Below are positions 8,432 to 16,435 of a stretch of 64,000 nucleotides of DNA, in pieces; positions within the stretch are counted from its first letter, which is position 1, and every line of letters starts with the position of its first letter. The position numbers and the translations under genes are program-made. This DNA comes from ANME-2 cluster archaeon (lineage in GTDB: Archaea; Halobacteriota; Methanosarcinia; Methanosarcinales; Methanocomedenaceae), in assembly GCA_014237145.1 (NCBI GenBank), contig JAAXOC010000089.1, positions 6,324 through 70,323 on the forward strand, given 5' to 3'. The notes below the pieces were generated by a model, which was not told where the DNA came from, did not search any database, and worked only from the letters and a program-made list of their open reading frames with translations.

Positions 8432-9328
8432 TCATTTTTTTGTTTCGATTTGAATGCTAAGCGTCTCACCACACTGCGGCAGGTATTCACCATACCGAGT
8501 AGGAATTAATTTTATTAAAGGCTTACCGAAAAATAAGATAAACGATACCCCGGCGGCATCTATCATGCGGTTTTTTCCATCTGATACCCTTAAATCCACA
8601 CTGGATGAGTGTACCATGTGCCAGTTCCCACTGCTTTTAAAGGTGTCAAACGGCGGCACAGTCCTGCTTTCACCGATCAAAGCGAACCTGTGCAGGGCGT
8701 GCTCACCAGTCGGGATGAATCCATCGAGCAGGTAACCGCCAACAGCATAACCATTGATAGCGCCGCTGCGACTGTGATCCGGGCAGTCGATAAGTGCAAA
8801 TCGCCTATCGGAAAACACCACTTCACCTGTAAAACCAAAGACATTACCATCTTCAGCCATGCCACAACCAACCTTTTTAACCGCACCAACAGGCACATCA
8901 AGCAGCATGTTGTTGCTCGCACGCACATAATCGTCAGGCGTGCGCACTTCAACATGCATGTGAGGGAAGTTCCAGAAATAGTAGTAACCGCTTCTGATGA
9001 ATGTGCCAAACTCTTCACCTGTGCGCACGCGGTCCCCTATTTCCACATCCGGCTTCACATGCATGATCTTTACAATAAACCCCTTGCAGCTAATCGCAGT
9101 TAAGTATTCCTTGAAATCGCGGTCCTTGAAGGGTGTGGGAGTATCGAATTCCCTGATATTCACAACCTCACCGTCAACAGGTGAGTACGCAGCCGAACCG
9201 AAGTCGCCGTATGCGATGTCTACCGCGCTGCCTGTCTCGTGTGCCGCAAACGGGCTTTTGAAAAACGAGAGTGCAGCGTCATCCGGCGCCATTAGTTCGA
9301 TGTTTTGATATGAAGCTGCAAGTTTCAT
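8432..9328 (-). CDS. Cytoplasmic M23/LytM-like (duplicated-hybrid-motif) domain protein, function unknown
   Basis: 298 aa, no signal peptide. HETGSAVDIAYGDFGSAAYSPVDGEVVNI ... IMHVKPDVEIGDRVRTGEEFGTFIRSGYYYFWNFPHMHVEV follows the M23 layout (H..D, G.V, HxH). The H-to-D spacing is non-canonical. Confidence 0.45.
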   Translation of the reverse strand: MKLAASYQNIELMAPDDAALSFFKSPFAAHETGSAVDIAYGDFGSAAYSPVDGEVVNIREFDTPTPFKDRDFKEYLTAISCKGFIVKIMHVKPDVEIGDRVRTGEEFGTFIRSGYYYFWNFPHMHVEVRTPDDYVRASNNMLLDVPVGAVKKVGCGMAEDGNVFGFTGEVVFSDRRFALIDCPDHSRSGAINGYAVGGYLLDGFIPTGEHALHRFALIGESRTVPPFDTFKSSGNWHMVHSSSVDLRVSDGKNRMIDAAGVSFILFFGKPLIKLIPTRYGEYLPQCGETLSIQIETKK

Positions 9329-9339
9329 TAAATCACCTC

Positions 9340-10323
9340 TTACAACTCCACATTATAGGAACAACACATGTTATCGACCTCATGGATATCCAGCCCGATC
9401 TCAGCGCATAATTGATACGCGCTCCGGCTCGGGACTGCGATCCTGTCGATCCCGCTCAATATCGCACATTCATCGAGCCGGGAGCGGTATCTCCCGCCAG
9501 GGCGCACGCAGCTTAAGGACAAGGGTGTTTGCGGGAATTCCTGCCTCGCCTTTGCGATCACCGATACAACATCCTCAAGCGCAGGAGGCAGTGTATCTGC
9601 ACAAGCTGTATTTTTTGTGGGAATAAATACCACTATAACGACAACATCCGGATCGTATTTCTTGATCATCTCAATCGCCCTGAACTCGCAGTCAAGCGCC
9701 CCGTTGTTCAATCCTGCGATGATATGCGGTGCGATGGGTATCCCTGCATCGGTAAGAAACCTGAGCGTGTTCTCGTAGTCGCTTACCGTATTCGGCAAAC
9801 CCAGTATCCCTGAGATTACGGCATCGCTCCCGATGCAGTCAACCAGTGCCATATCCAGCCATGTGGCAAGGGACCTTGCCTGCTCCTGTGTGATAATGCC
9901 AGTGTGGGCGCTCATTTTCAGATGAGTGTCATCCTTGATCTGCCTGATCTCATCTGAAAGTTCGTATGTCGGAACCGAGCCGTCAAGTTTGCTGCCGCCT
10001 GAGAGCAGGACCCCGCTGCGTCCCCTCTTTGCAAGATTTACAACTGCGGCACGGAGCTTGCCGCCACTGCCGTCAAGCATGTGTTCAAGATAGTGTTTTT
10101 CGCAGTGTTTGCAGTTCAATTCGCAGTCGGTGCCTGTGACTGAGACCGGGGTGAATGGCTCGTTGAAAAAGAGTATGGTGTTTGAAAATGAGTCCAGTCT
10201 GATCTTAAAGGATCTCAACATCTCTTTTTTTGCTGCTTCGCTAATATCCAGACCTTTTATTTTCTCCGGAACACGGTCAAGGTACACCCCGCCGTCTGAT
10301 GCTGTCATTCGTCGTCTCTCCAC
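9340..10323 (-). CDS. Radical SAM enzyme, type A (candidate LipS-type lipoyl synthase component)
   Basis: 327 aa. CX3CX2C motif in SVTGTDCELNCKHC, also LLSGGS, SAHTG and a C-terminal CC (NMCCSY). Paralog of 12639..13613. Confidence 0.7.
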   Translation of the reverse strand: MERRRMTASDGGVYLDRVPEKIKGLDISEAAKKEMLRSFKIRLDSFSNTILFFNEPFTPVSVTGTDCELNCKHCEKHYLEHMLDGSGGKLRAAVVNLAKRGRSGVLLSGGSKLDGSVPTYELSDEIRQIKDDTHLKMSAHTGIITQEQARSLATWLDMALVDCIGSDAVISGILGLPNTVSDYENTLRFLTDAGIPIAPHIIAGLNNGALDCEFRAIEMIKKYDPDVVVIVVFIPTKNTACADTLPPALEDVVSVIAKARQEFPQTPLSLSCVRPGGRYRSRLDECAILSGIDRIAVPSRSAYQLCAEIGLDIHEVDNMCCSYNVEL

Positions 10324-10376
10324 TATTTCACAATTCCATTATTCGTATCCATTTTAATAAGCATGGTATTTTGACC

Positions 10377-10440
10377 GGATTTACAGGATTTACAGGATGT
10401 TGACGTTGCGGTATATCCTGTCGATCCTGTTAATCCTGTC
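10377..10440. repeat. Word-repeat hairpin (ACAGGAT words) between two radical SAM genes
   Basis: GGATTTACAGGATTTACAGGAT at 10377-10398 faces ATCCTGTCGATCCTGTTAATCCTGTC at 10415-10440. Confidence 0.5.
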
Positions 10441-10481
10441 TAATAATTTTTAAATTAACCTTATATTTGAAGTGGATACCA

Positions 10482-11480
10482 TTATTCCACTATTCCAAGC
10501 TGCTCTTTTATCATCTTGATCTCATCCGCATCCGGATTCATTGGAAAATTGAACGTCTCATGGTGCGTCTCTGTGGCATACGGGCGGTTGCAGTCAGGGC
10601 ACCCTGTTGTCTTGAATGCATCCCCTACCTCCACATAGTGCAATATCCTGGCACGGGATATCCCGAAATCCACCACCTTCCCGTCCCTGAAGGTCATATC
10701 TTCAAAGGATGCCAACCCCTTGCGGATCAAGTATGCGCCTAACTGCACTGTGCGGTAGTGATTGACATTCAGGTTTGCAGGCACGTTCCGGGTTCCGGGC
10801 AGATGCGTATATGCGAACAGTGCTGAATAAACACCATCAGCGTGCAGTACATCTATTACCCCGAGCGCATCCCTGGCACTCTCTCCCATGCCGATGATAA
10901 GATGCGTGCCAACCGATCCCCTGCCAAAGATACGAACCGCGCGCCTGATACCGTCAAGGTGGGTATCCCAGTTATAGATACTATCTGCCTCTTTGCCTTT
11001 GATCCTACTGAACAGCTCAGGACTGCACGCATCCAGCGGGACCACCAGTTCATCAACTCCCATGCCCTTTAATGCAGCGTATTTTTCATCACTTAACGGA
11101 AATACGGATAGCGATATCGGGATCTGGCTTGTTTTTCGAATGCGGCTGATGAGGTACGTCGTATCCTGCCACATCTTAGCATACATTGCGGTCTGGATGC
11201 ACGCACGCATGAGGTAGCCGCGCTCGTATGCAATCCCCAGCCTTCGCACCACTTCGTCAAGGTCTGAAGGGATGTACTGTCCGCGTGCGATCTGTTTCAT
11301 ATCCCCATTAGCACCCGCCGCCTGCGAGCAGAAGCGACAGTTTGCCTGACAGCGCTTATCGGTGTATATCTGCAGATATGCGGTTGTAGGCGGCGCATCC
11401 ATTAGCACGAGTTCTATACCGAGCACTCCGAGCGTGCCAATGGAGGCGCGTACTTTTTTGGTGAGTGGTGAGGTTTGCAT
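10482..11480 (-). CDS. Radical SAM enzyme, type B (BioB/LipS-like; candidate lipoyl synthase component)
   Basis: 332 aa. CX3CX2C motif in TDKRCQANCRFCSQ. Additional conserved-looking Cys residues at RACIQT, DACSPE and C-terminal TGCPDC could bind an auxiliary cluster. Confidence 0.7.
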   Translation of the reverse strand: MQTSPLTKKVRASIGTLGVLGIELVLMDAPPTTAYLQIYTDKRCQANCRFCSQAAGANGDMKQIARGQYIPSDLDEVVRRLGIAYERGYLMRACIQTAMYAKMWQDTTYLISRIRKTSQIPISLSVFPLSDEKYAALKGMGVDELVVPLDACSPELFSRIKGKEADSIYNWDTHLDGIRRAVRIFGRGSVGTHLIIGMGESARDALGVIDVLHADGVYSALFAYTHLPGTRNVPANLNVNHYRTVQLGAYLIRKGLASFEDMTFRDGKVVDFGISRARILHYVEVGDAFKTTGCPDCNRPYATETHHETFNFPMNPDADEIKMIKEQLGIVE

Positions 11481-11678
11481 AATGGATCACTGGATTGGTT
11501 GATGATCGGTTGATTAAAAATTATTTTACTTTCAAATATTTTATAAAGTTTTTGACTGCAGATGGATGTAAGATGTCACGAAGCCTGGATTTTGCTAACG
11601 TTCATATCCGGGGCATCTCAAGGGGCATGAGGTTTACAGTAAAAAAGGTAACATATTATGAAGACATATGTTCAGTGT

Positions 11679-12068
11679 TTAGTTTATATCTGTGGCTACA
11701 CGGTCATTAATCTCAATAGAATTAGTTAAATTTTTTACAATTTCTTTACTTTTAATAATATTTAATTGTGCTAGTTTTTTCACTATCATTCTTTTATTTA
11801 AGGTAAATATTTTTGTTGGCTTTACTCTGCTTTCATAATACAAATTACCGCTGTCTAAATCTTCATTTACAATCTTTACACTCTGATCATAATTTCTTGG
11901 ATTGCTTGTAATAGCACAACAAATTACATCTTCATTATTTGAATTATATTCATGATTTGAAATAATTATACTGGGTCTTCTTTTCGTTTGTGACAGATCT
12001 GAAAAAGGAAATGGAATTAGAATTATATCCCCTTGGTTAACATTCATTCCACTGGTTATCGTATTCAT
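11679..12068 (-). CDS. mazF: MazF/PemK-family toxin
   Basis: 129 aa. GDIILIPFPFSDLSQTKRRPSIIIS is the hallmark PemK N-terminal segment. The gene is very AT-rich compared with its flanks. Confidence 0.7.
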   Translation of the reverse strand: MNTITSGMNVNQGDIILIPFPFSDLSQTKRRPSIIISNHEYNSNNEDVICCAITSNPRNYDQSVKIVNEDLDSGNLYYESRVKPTKIFTLNKRMIVKKLAQLNIIKSKEIVKNLTNSIEINDRVATDIN

Positions 12069-12309
12069 TATCCCAAAATTTAATTAATGCGTTCTCTGCG
12101 ATTGGTGATTTCTCGTTTTCTAAATGTTCTACTTTCTCTTTTAATTTCGTTATTTCAGAAAATAAAAATGGAATAATATCTTCTTTATCGAATGATATCT
12201 TTACAGTTACTTTATATTCTTTCGTAACTTCATAAGATATCTCATTGTCCACTTTGCTATTATCGATAAATAAAGTCTCTGGATTTAATGTTTTAGCAAG
12301 ACTCATCAA
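12037..12309 (-). CDS. Putative cognate antitoxin
   Basis: 90 aa. Overlaps the MazF start, has an acidic/aromatic C-terminal tail (FWDNEYDNQWNE), and shares the AT-rich composition. Confidence 0.4.
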   Translation of the reverse strand: MMSLAKTLNPETLFIDNSKVDNEISYEVTKEYKVTVKISFDKEDIIPFLFSEITKLKEKVEHLENEKSPIAENALIKFWDNEYDNQWNEC

Positions 12310-12580
12310 AATCCTCCTCCATGAACTTTATGAAAAATTCCATTATATCGCTGTTTTGGGATTCAATGTGTAATTGTTGTTTTTTGATTTCTTCACTGGT
12401 GTGGTGCGATAATATAATTGGAATTCCTTTTTTTTCACCATCAATTTTTATTTCGTTAATAAATACAACGGCTATCGGAAAAATTTTTGTCTCAAATTTG
12501 GAAATTCTCTCAAGAAATTCTTTTTTAAATATTGAATTTAACAATTTGTTTTCAATTAAGACCTTTTCAGCTTTTGCCAT
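12293..12580 (-). CDS. Hypothetical protein in the AT-rich cassette
   Basis: 95 aa. Overlaps the next gene by 17 nt on the same strand with the same composition. No motif recognised. Confidence 0.3.
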   Translation of the reverse strand: MAKAEKVLIENKLLNSIFKKEFLERISKFETKIFPIAVVFINEIKIDGEKKGIPIILSHHTSEEIKKQQLHIESQNSDIMEFFIKFMEEDFDESC

Positions 12581-12638
12581 TCTAGTTTGTTTTGTTATTA
12601 AGTTATATAAAATTATATGAAATTCAAGCAGGAAACTG

Positions 12639-13613
12639 TCATTTCAAATGTAAATCCCCATCTATGCGGGTCGAATCCTGCGGCAGGACACCGCAGCAGG
12701 TGCCGAAATACTCGATCCCGTACCCTTCTGCATGTGCATATTTGACAAAGCTGCGCGTGGGAAGTGCAACATTAAAAACACCGCTCTCAAGTGCAATCCG
12801 TTCTATCAGTTCGCGGTCGCGCCCGCTCGAATGGGCGCAGCCGAGTGTTATCGGGATATCAGGGAACAGTTCGCAGGCCCGGCAGAAGACCTCTGCAAAG
12901 TCGTACGGGTCGGGTTTAACCGATGACATTGCTGTGCCTGCAACCGACATGAGTCCTGTTATTACGACCGTGGTCGCTTTGATGTGCCGGATGAGTTCCA
13001 GCGCACGAAGTTCCCCGCACATCTTACCAAAATCAAGACCCACGCACACATGCGGGAAGATATTGATCCCGGCATCGGAAATAGCCTGAAGGCTTTTTAA
13101 GTAGTCATCCTCGGTAACGTCCAGGCCGTACACCCGCCGCACAGTACCGGCATTCCCGACCACATCGAATGCGATGCCGTCAAGACCGCTGTCCTTTAAA
13201 GCGCGCGCTTCGTCAGGTGTAATGAATCCGGTGTGAGCGATCACGATCAGGTCGGTCTGCTGCTTGATACTTTTGATGTATTGGGCCGCAGCCGCTGTGG
13301 GGACTTTTCCTTTTGTGTCGCACCCGCCTGTTATGAGCATACCTTTGGCACCGTTGTTTGCAAGACTGCGTGCAATCTGCTCTAGCCTTTCAGGCGGACC
13401 CACAGGGATCAGGCGGGAGAGCAGCCTGCCGCCGCAGTGCTTGCAGTTCAACTGGCACCTGCTGCCTGTGAGTGATATGGAAGGAAAGTTGTTCGATGTG
13501 ATGAAGATGTTGAGTTTACTACCTGACTTTACAAGGGACTGCTGTTTAGATTTACGCATACGCTTCTGGATAGCAGGGTCAAGCGTATCAATGTCAGGGT
13601 TCAGGCTGCTCAT
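12639..13613 (-). CDS. Radical SAM enzyme, type A' (paralog of 9340..10323)
   Basis: 324 aa. SLTGSRCQLNCKHC, LITGGC, IAHTG and a C-terminal CC (GTCCGV), collinear with the type A protein. Confidence 0.7.
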   Translation of the reverse strand: MSSLNPDIDTLDPAIQKRMRKSKQQSLVKSGSKLNIFITSNNFPSISLTGSRCQLNCKHCGGRLLSRLIPVGPPERLEQIARSLANNGAKGMLITGGCDTKGKVPTAAAAQYIKSIKQQTDLIVIAHTGFITPDEARALKDSGLDGIAFDVVGNAGTVRRVYGLDVTEDDYLKSLQAISDAGINIFPHVCVGLDFGKMCGELRALELIRHIKATTVVITGLMSVAGTAMSSVKPDPYDFAEVFCRACELFPDIPITLGCAHSSGRDRELIERIALESGVFNVALPTRSFVKYAHAEGYGIEYFGTCCGVLPQDSTRIDGDLHLK

Positions 13614-13634
13614 ATCCGGATGCTGCCGCTGTTC

Positions 13635-13925
13635 TTACGATTCGACTGCCTGCATGATGGATGTCGTGAAGTCTTCGGGAGCAGTCCCGGGTGCTGTTAT
13701 ACCTTCGGATTCATAGACCGAGCGCACGGCAAAGAGTACGGAATCAGAAGTGGCGTTGGCACCTTTTAAGGATTGTGCGATCTGTTCGATTGCGGTTTCG
13801 GGAAAAAGGAAGAAGTCTCCTGAAAATGCGATGTCTTCGATTTGGTTGCCTTCTAACTTGACGAATGCGCGGATGAGACCGCCTTTGGATTTGTGTCTGC
13901 CCTCTTTGTATCCTTCGTAGCTCAT
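13635..13925 (-). CDS. lplB: Stand-alone lipoate-protein ligase C-terminal domain protein (LplB-like)
   Basis: 96 aa. HKSKGGLIRAFVKLEGNQIEDIAFSGDFFLFPE matches the LplA C-terminal accessory domain layout, which is a separate polypeptide in some archaea. Confidence 0.7.
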   Translation of the reverse strand: MSYEGYKEGRHKSKGGLIRAFVKLEGNQIEDIAFSGDFFLFPETAIEQIAQSLKGANATSDSVLFAVRSVYESEGITAPGTAPEDFTTSIMQAVES

Positions 13926-13970
13926 GGTGTGCCTCCGGAGTTGTTGTAGTTCAATTATGGTTATGCTATT

Positions 13971-14153
13971 TTAATGTACTTGCGGTTTGTTTCTCTGCCT
14001 CCGCCTCTTATCCTCCATCCTGTAGATCAAGTCCCTGCTCCTGTGCTTTTCATTCAAACGCTGCGGCAGTTCGATCTCCGCCCCCGTCAGCACACTGCGC
14101 CGCGCCTCTACCCCGAGCGCATCCTCAAATCCGCGTTTCAAAATCCCTTTCAC
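13971..14153 (-). pseudogene. Remnant of the 3' end of a second lplA catalytic-domain gene
   Basis: ILKRGFEDALGVEARRSVLTGAEIELPQRLNEKHRSRD parallels the intact LplA end IRRKFGEIFGVELIDSKPSESEVKMAQELLPKYESEKW. It sits 45 nt upstream of lplB, and no upstream catalytic part remains. Confidence 0.55.
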
Positions 14154-14364
14154 ACGATTTTCTTGATAAATAATTTGACAATGTGCATTTTAAGAAACAT
14201 TATGTGATGATGAATTTGATTTTGACCCCCCATCTACTGGTGGATATAGCATTTCCGGTGATTTTCCTCGCAAAATTCAAAATATATTAATTCATTGATA
14301 TGTATTTAAAACATTTTATACTTTCTGCATACTTAATGCAAGACTAAAAATTCAATAAGTAAGA

Positions 14365-14625
14365 TCAAAAAAATGCGGTTGGAAACAAAACGGGAATTGC
14401 TGGCAGCTGCACGCCTTTTGCCACGGGCTCATCACCCATGATGTCAGCTAATATCTTGAGATCCTCGAACCTGCCATTGGTACAGGAACCCACATCCCCG
14501 ATCAGGTGCAGGATGAGATCCTTACTGTACACCTTATCAGGCAGGCGCCTGTTCACCTTGAACCACAGCCTTCCTGTGGAAAAAGCACCAAGTGAACCGT
14601 ATGTGCAGTTTTGAACGTTTCAATT
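14365..14625 (-). pseudogene. Decayed, internally deleted fragment of the hacA/leuC gene found intact at 17102..18379
   Basis: [20 protein letters not shown] is fused directly to [26 protein letters not shown]. In the intact gene these two segments are more than 100 aa apart. DNA at 14556-14620 matches 17880-17990 with deletions at short direct repeats. Confidence 0.75.
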
Positions 14626-14642
14626 CAGGCGCAATTTGATGA

Positions 14643-14990
14643 TCATTCAAACTCTATAATAGCTTTTTTTGCACCGATCGGAGTTATTGAAGCCTGCGTA
14701 CCCTTTTCAATATGATACGACTCTCGAAGCTCCTTTGGGAGCCGTAACAGTAGTACTTGTCCATTCTCGCTTATTTTTCTTTTGTATGAAACATGCCCTC
14801 TGGGTGCAATGCCAAGCACTGATTTTAGTCCTTTCTCTATTTTGTGTATGGAATCCGGATGATTGAAGTATATATTTCTTCCCGTACTTTTGTGCTTTCT
14901 TACAAGAACGTCTGTAAAAACTATAGGAATGCCATAGTTCTCTATTACAACATCTTCGTATACTTCCTCAAACTCGTCATTATTTTCCAT
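14643..14990 (-). CDS. Hypothetical protein, possible AbrB/SpoVT-like C-terminal domain
   Basis: 115 aa, in the AT-rich island. The C-terminal LRLPKELRESYHIEKGTQASITPIG..KAIIEF resembles a looped-hinge-helix pattern (weak). Confidence 0.35.
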   Translation of the reverse strand: MENNDEFEEVYEDVVIENYGIPIVFTDVLVRKHKSTGRNIYFNHPDSIHKIEKGLKSVLGIAPRGHVSYKRKISENGQVLLLRLPKELRESYHIEKGTQASITPIGAKKAIIEFE

Positions 14991-15074
14991 ATTTTCACTT
15001 CCGTAATGTACGTTTTTTCTTTCGATTGAGCAAAGTTATCACAACAATAAGACCTTGATCTGACTTTTCGATGC

Positions 15075-15371
15075 CTATAATACATGATAGATATGCTCAT
15101 TAAATTCCGATTCGCATAGGTATCTTGTTGGAAAATATTCAGTATCATGCAGTTCTTTTCTTTTTATCTCGGGATTTATCAAAATCTGCTTTATAAACTC
15201 AAATAACTGAAAAGGGTTTATATCCCATCTATCATATGCCCTGTTGTTTTTATAGATATGTTCATCAATACCGATGCGTTCTTCAGATGCTAATTTTTTT
15301 ATGAGCTCCCGGATTTGCTTCTTTTCTTCAGTATCCAGATGTACTATATTGTACGATTCGCCCTTAAGCAT
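15075..15371 (-). CDS. Hypothetical protein
   Basis: 98 aa ORF in the AT-rich island. No motif recognised. Confidence 0.35.
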   Translation of the reverse strand: MLKGESYNIVHLDTEEKKQIRELIKKLASEERIGIDEHIYKNNRAYDRWDINPFQLFEFIKQILINPEIKRKELHDTEYFPTRYLCESEFNEHIYHVL

Positions 15372-15662
15372 CGTACAAAAAAGGTAGTTTTTAGTATTTA
15401 AAAATGCGCCTGAATTTGGACTTGGGACAAAAATGCCGACACATAGCGGTAGTTTTTTGCGATAAATCTGTCAAAAAAAGCCGCAACGTATTGGATCCAA
15501 AAATAATTTTGTCCAAAGGCCCCTGAATTTCAATTTGAAGATTGTTATTTTGGCTTCTCATAACCTTTCAGAGCATGAATCTACCATCTAAAGTCAACGA
15601 CCTTGGACTTCCGCTTCGCTTTGTCCCGGGCATCCGAGCAGATTCTCATAAATTATAATAAT

Positions 15663-16391
15663 TTATTGGAATTTAACATCATTGAAAGATTCAGGTGGTC
15701 CAATATCATTCAATCCAAGATCAATTCTATTTGTTCTTTCACCCTTCTCGAAAATAACCTCAATTATCACAAGACGATTCTGATCGATGTTTTTATTTTT
15801 GCGAAGCTTATTTGTTATTTCTGAAATTCTCTTAATCCGTTCATTTCGGTATCCAGATGTTTTTCTATAGAATGAATGAACAATAAAGTAAAGTAGGAAA
15901 TACTTATTTGGCACTGCTTTTTTTAGTTTCCATAAGTCTTTTTCTAAATGCTTTACTGCCGTTTTTGCTTGTTGGGTGCTCCTATTTAGAAAATATTCTC
16001 GTGAATTGAGGTTCATAAGCCCTTCATCGATAAACTTACCAAGAAACATCTCTAGTCCAAATATAGGCTCCTCTTGATTTCCATTCAACATCGTAATAGC
16101 TAGATCAATGTATGCAGTTTTATTTTTCTTCTCTTGTCCGTCTCCATATTCATCCCCCTTTACTTGAACAGGATATTCTCGGCGGATATGGATGGGACCT
16201 TTGGGATTTTTTTTCTTTAAACATTCTTGAAGCTTAAAATGAATGTCTTTTTCATTAAAATATTTAAAAGGATCTTTAATAAAACAACATTCAATTTCAT
16301 ATATACATTGTTTCATTGTATCAAAAATTTCACTCTGTTTCGGTGGCATATTTTCAATTCCAAAATGCTTTTTTTTATATGACTTTTTCAT
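15663..16391 (-). CDS. Hypothetical protein, possible restriction-endonuclease-like fold
   Basis: 242 aa. IRREYPV ... AYIDLAI ... FGLEMFLGK loosely recalls a PD-(D/E)xK arrangement, but the ExK element is not canonical. Confidence 0.35.
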   Translation of the reverse strand: MKKSYKKKHFGIENMPPKQSEIFDTMKQCIYEIECCFIKDPFKYFNEKDIHFKLQECLKKKNPKGPIHIRREYPVQVKGDEYGDGQEKKNKTAYIDLAITMLNGNQEEPIFGLEMFLGKFIDEGLMNLNSREYFLNRSTQQAKTAVKHLEKDLWKLKKAVPNKYFLLYFIVHSFYRKTSGYRNERIKRISEITNKLRKNKNIDQNRLVIIEVIFEKGERTNRIDLGLNDIGPPESFNDVKFQ

Positions 16392-16435
16392 ATCATTAAA
16401 TTTATTAATTCTGAGTTGCTTGATTTTTCTGATTT

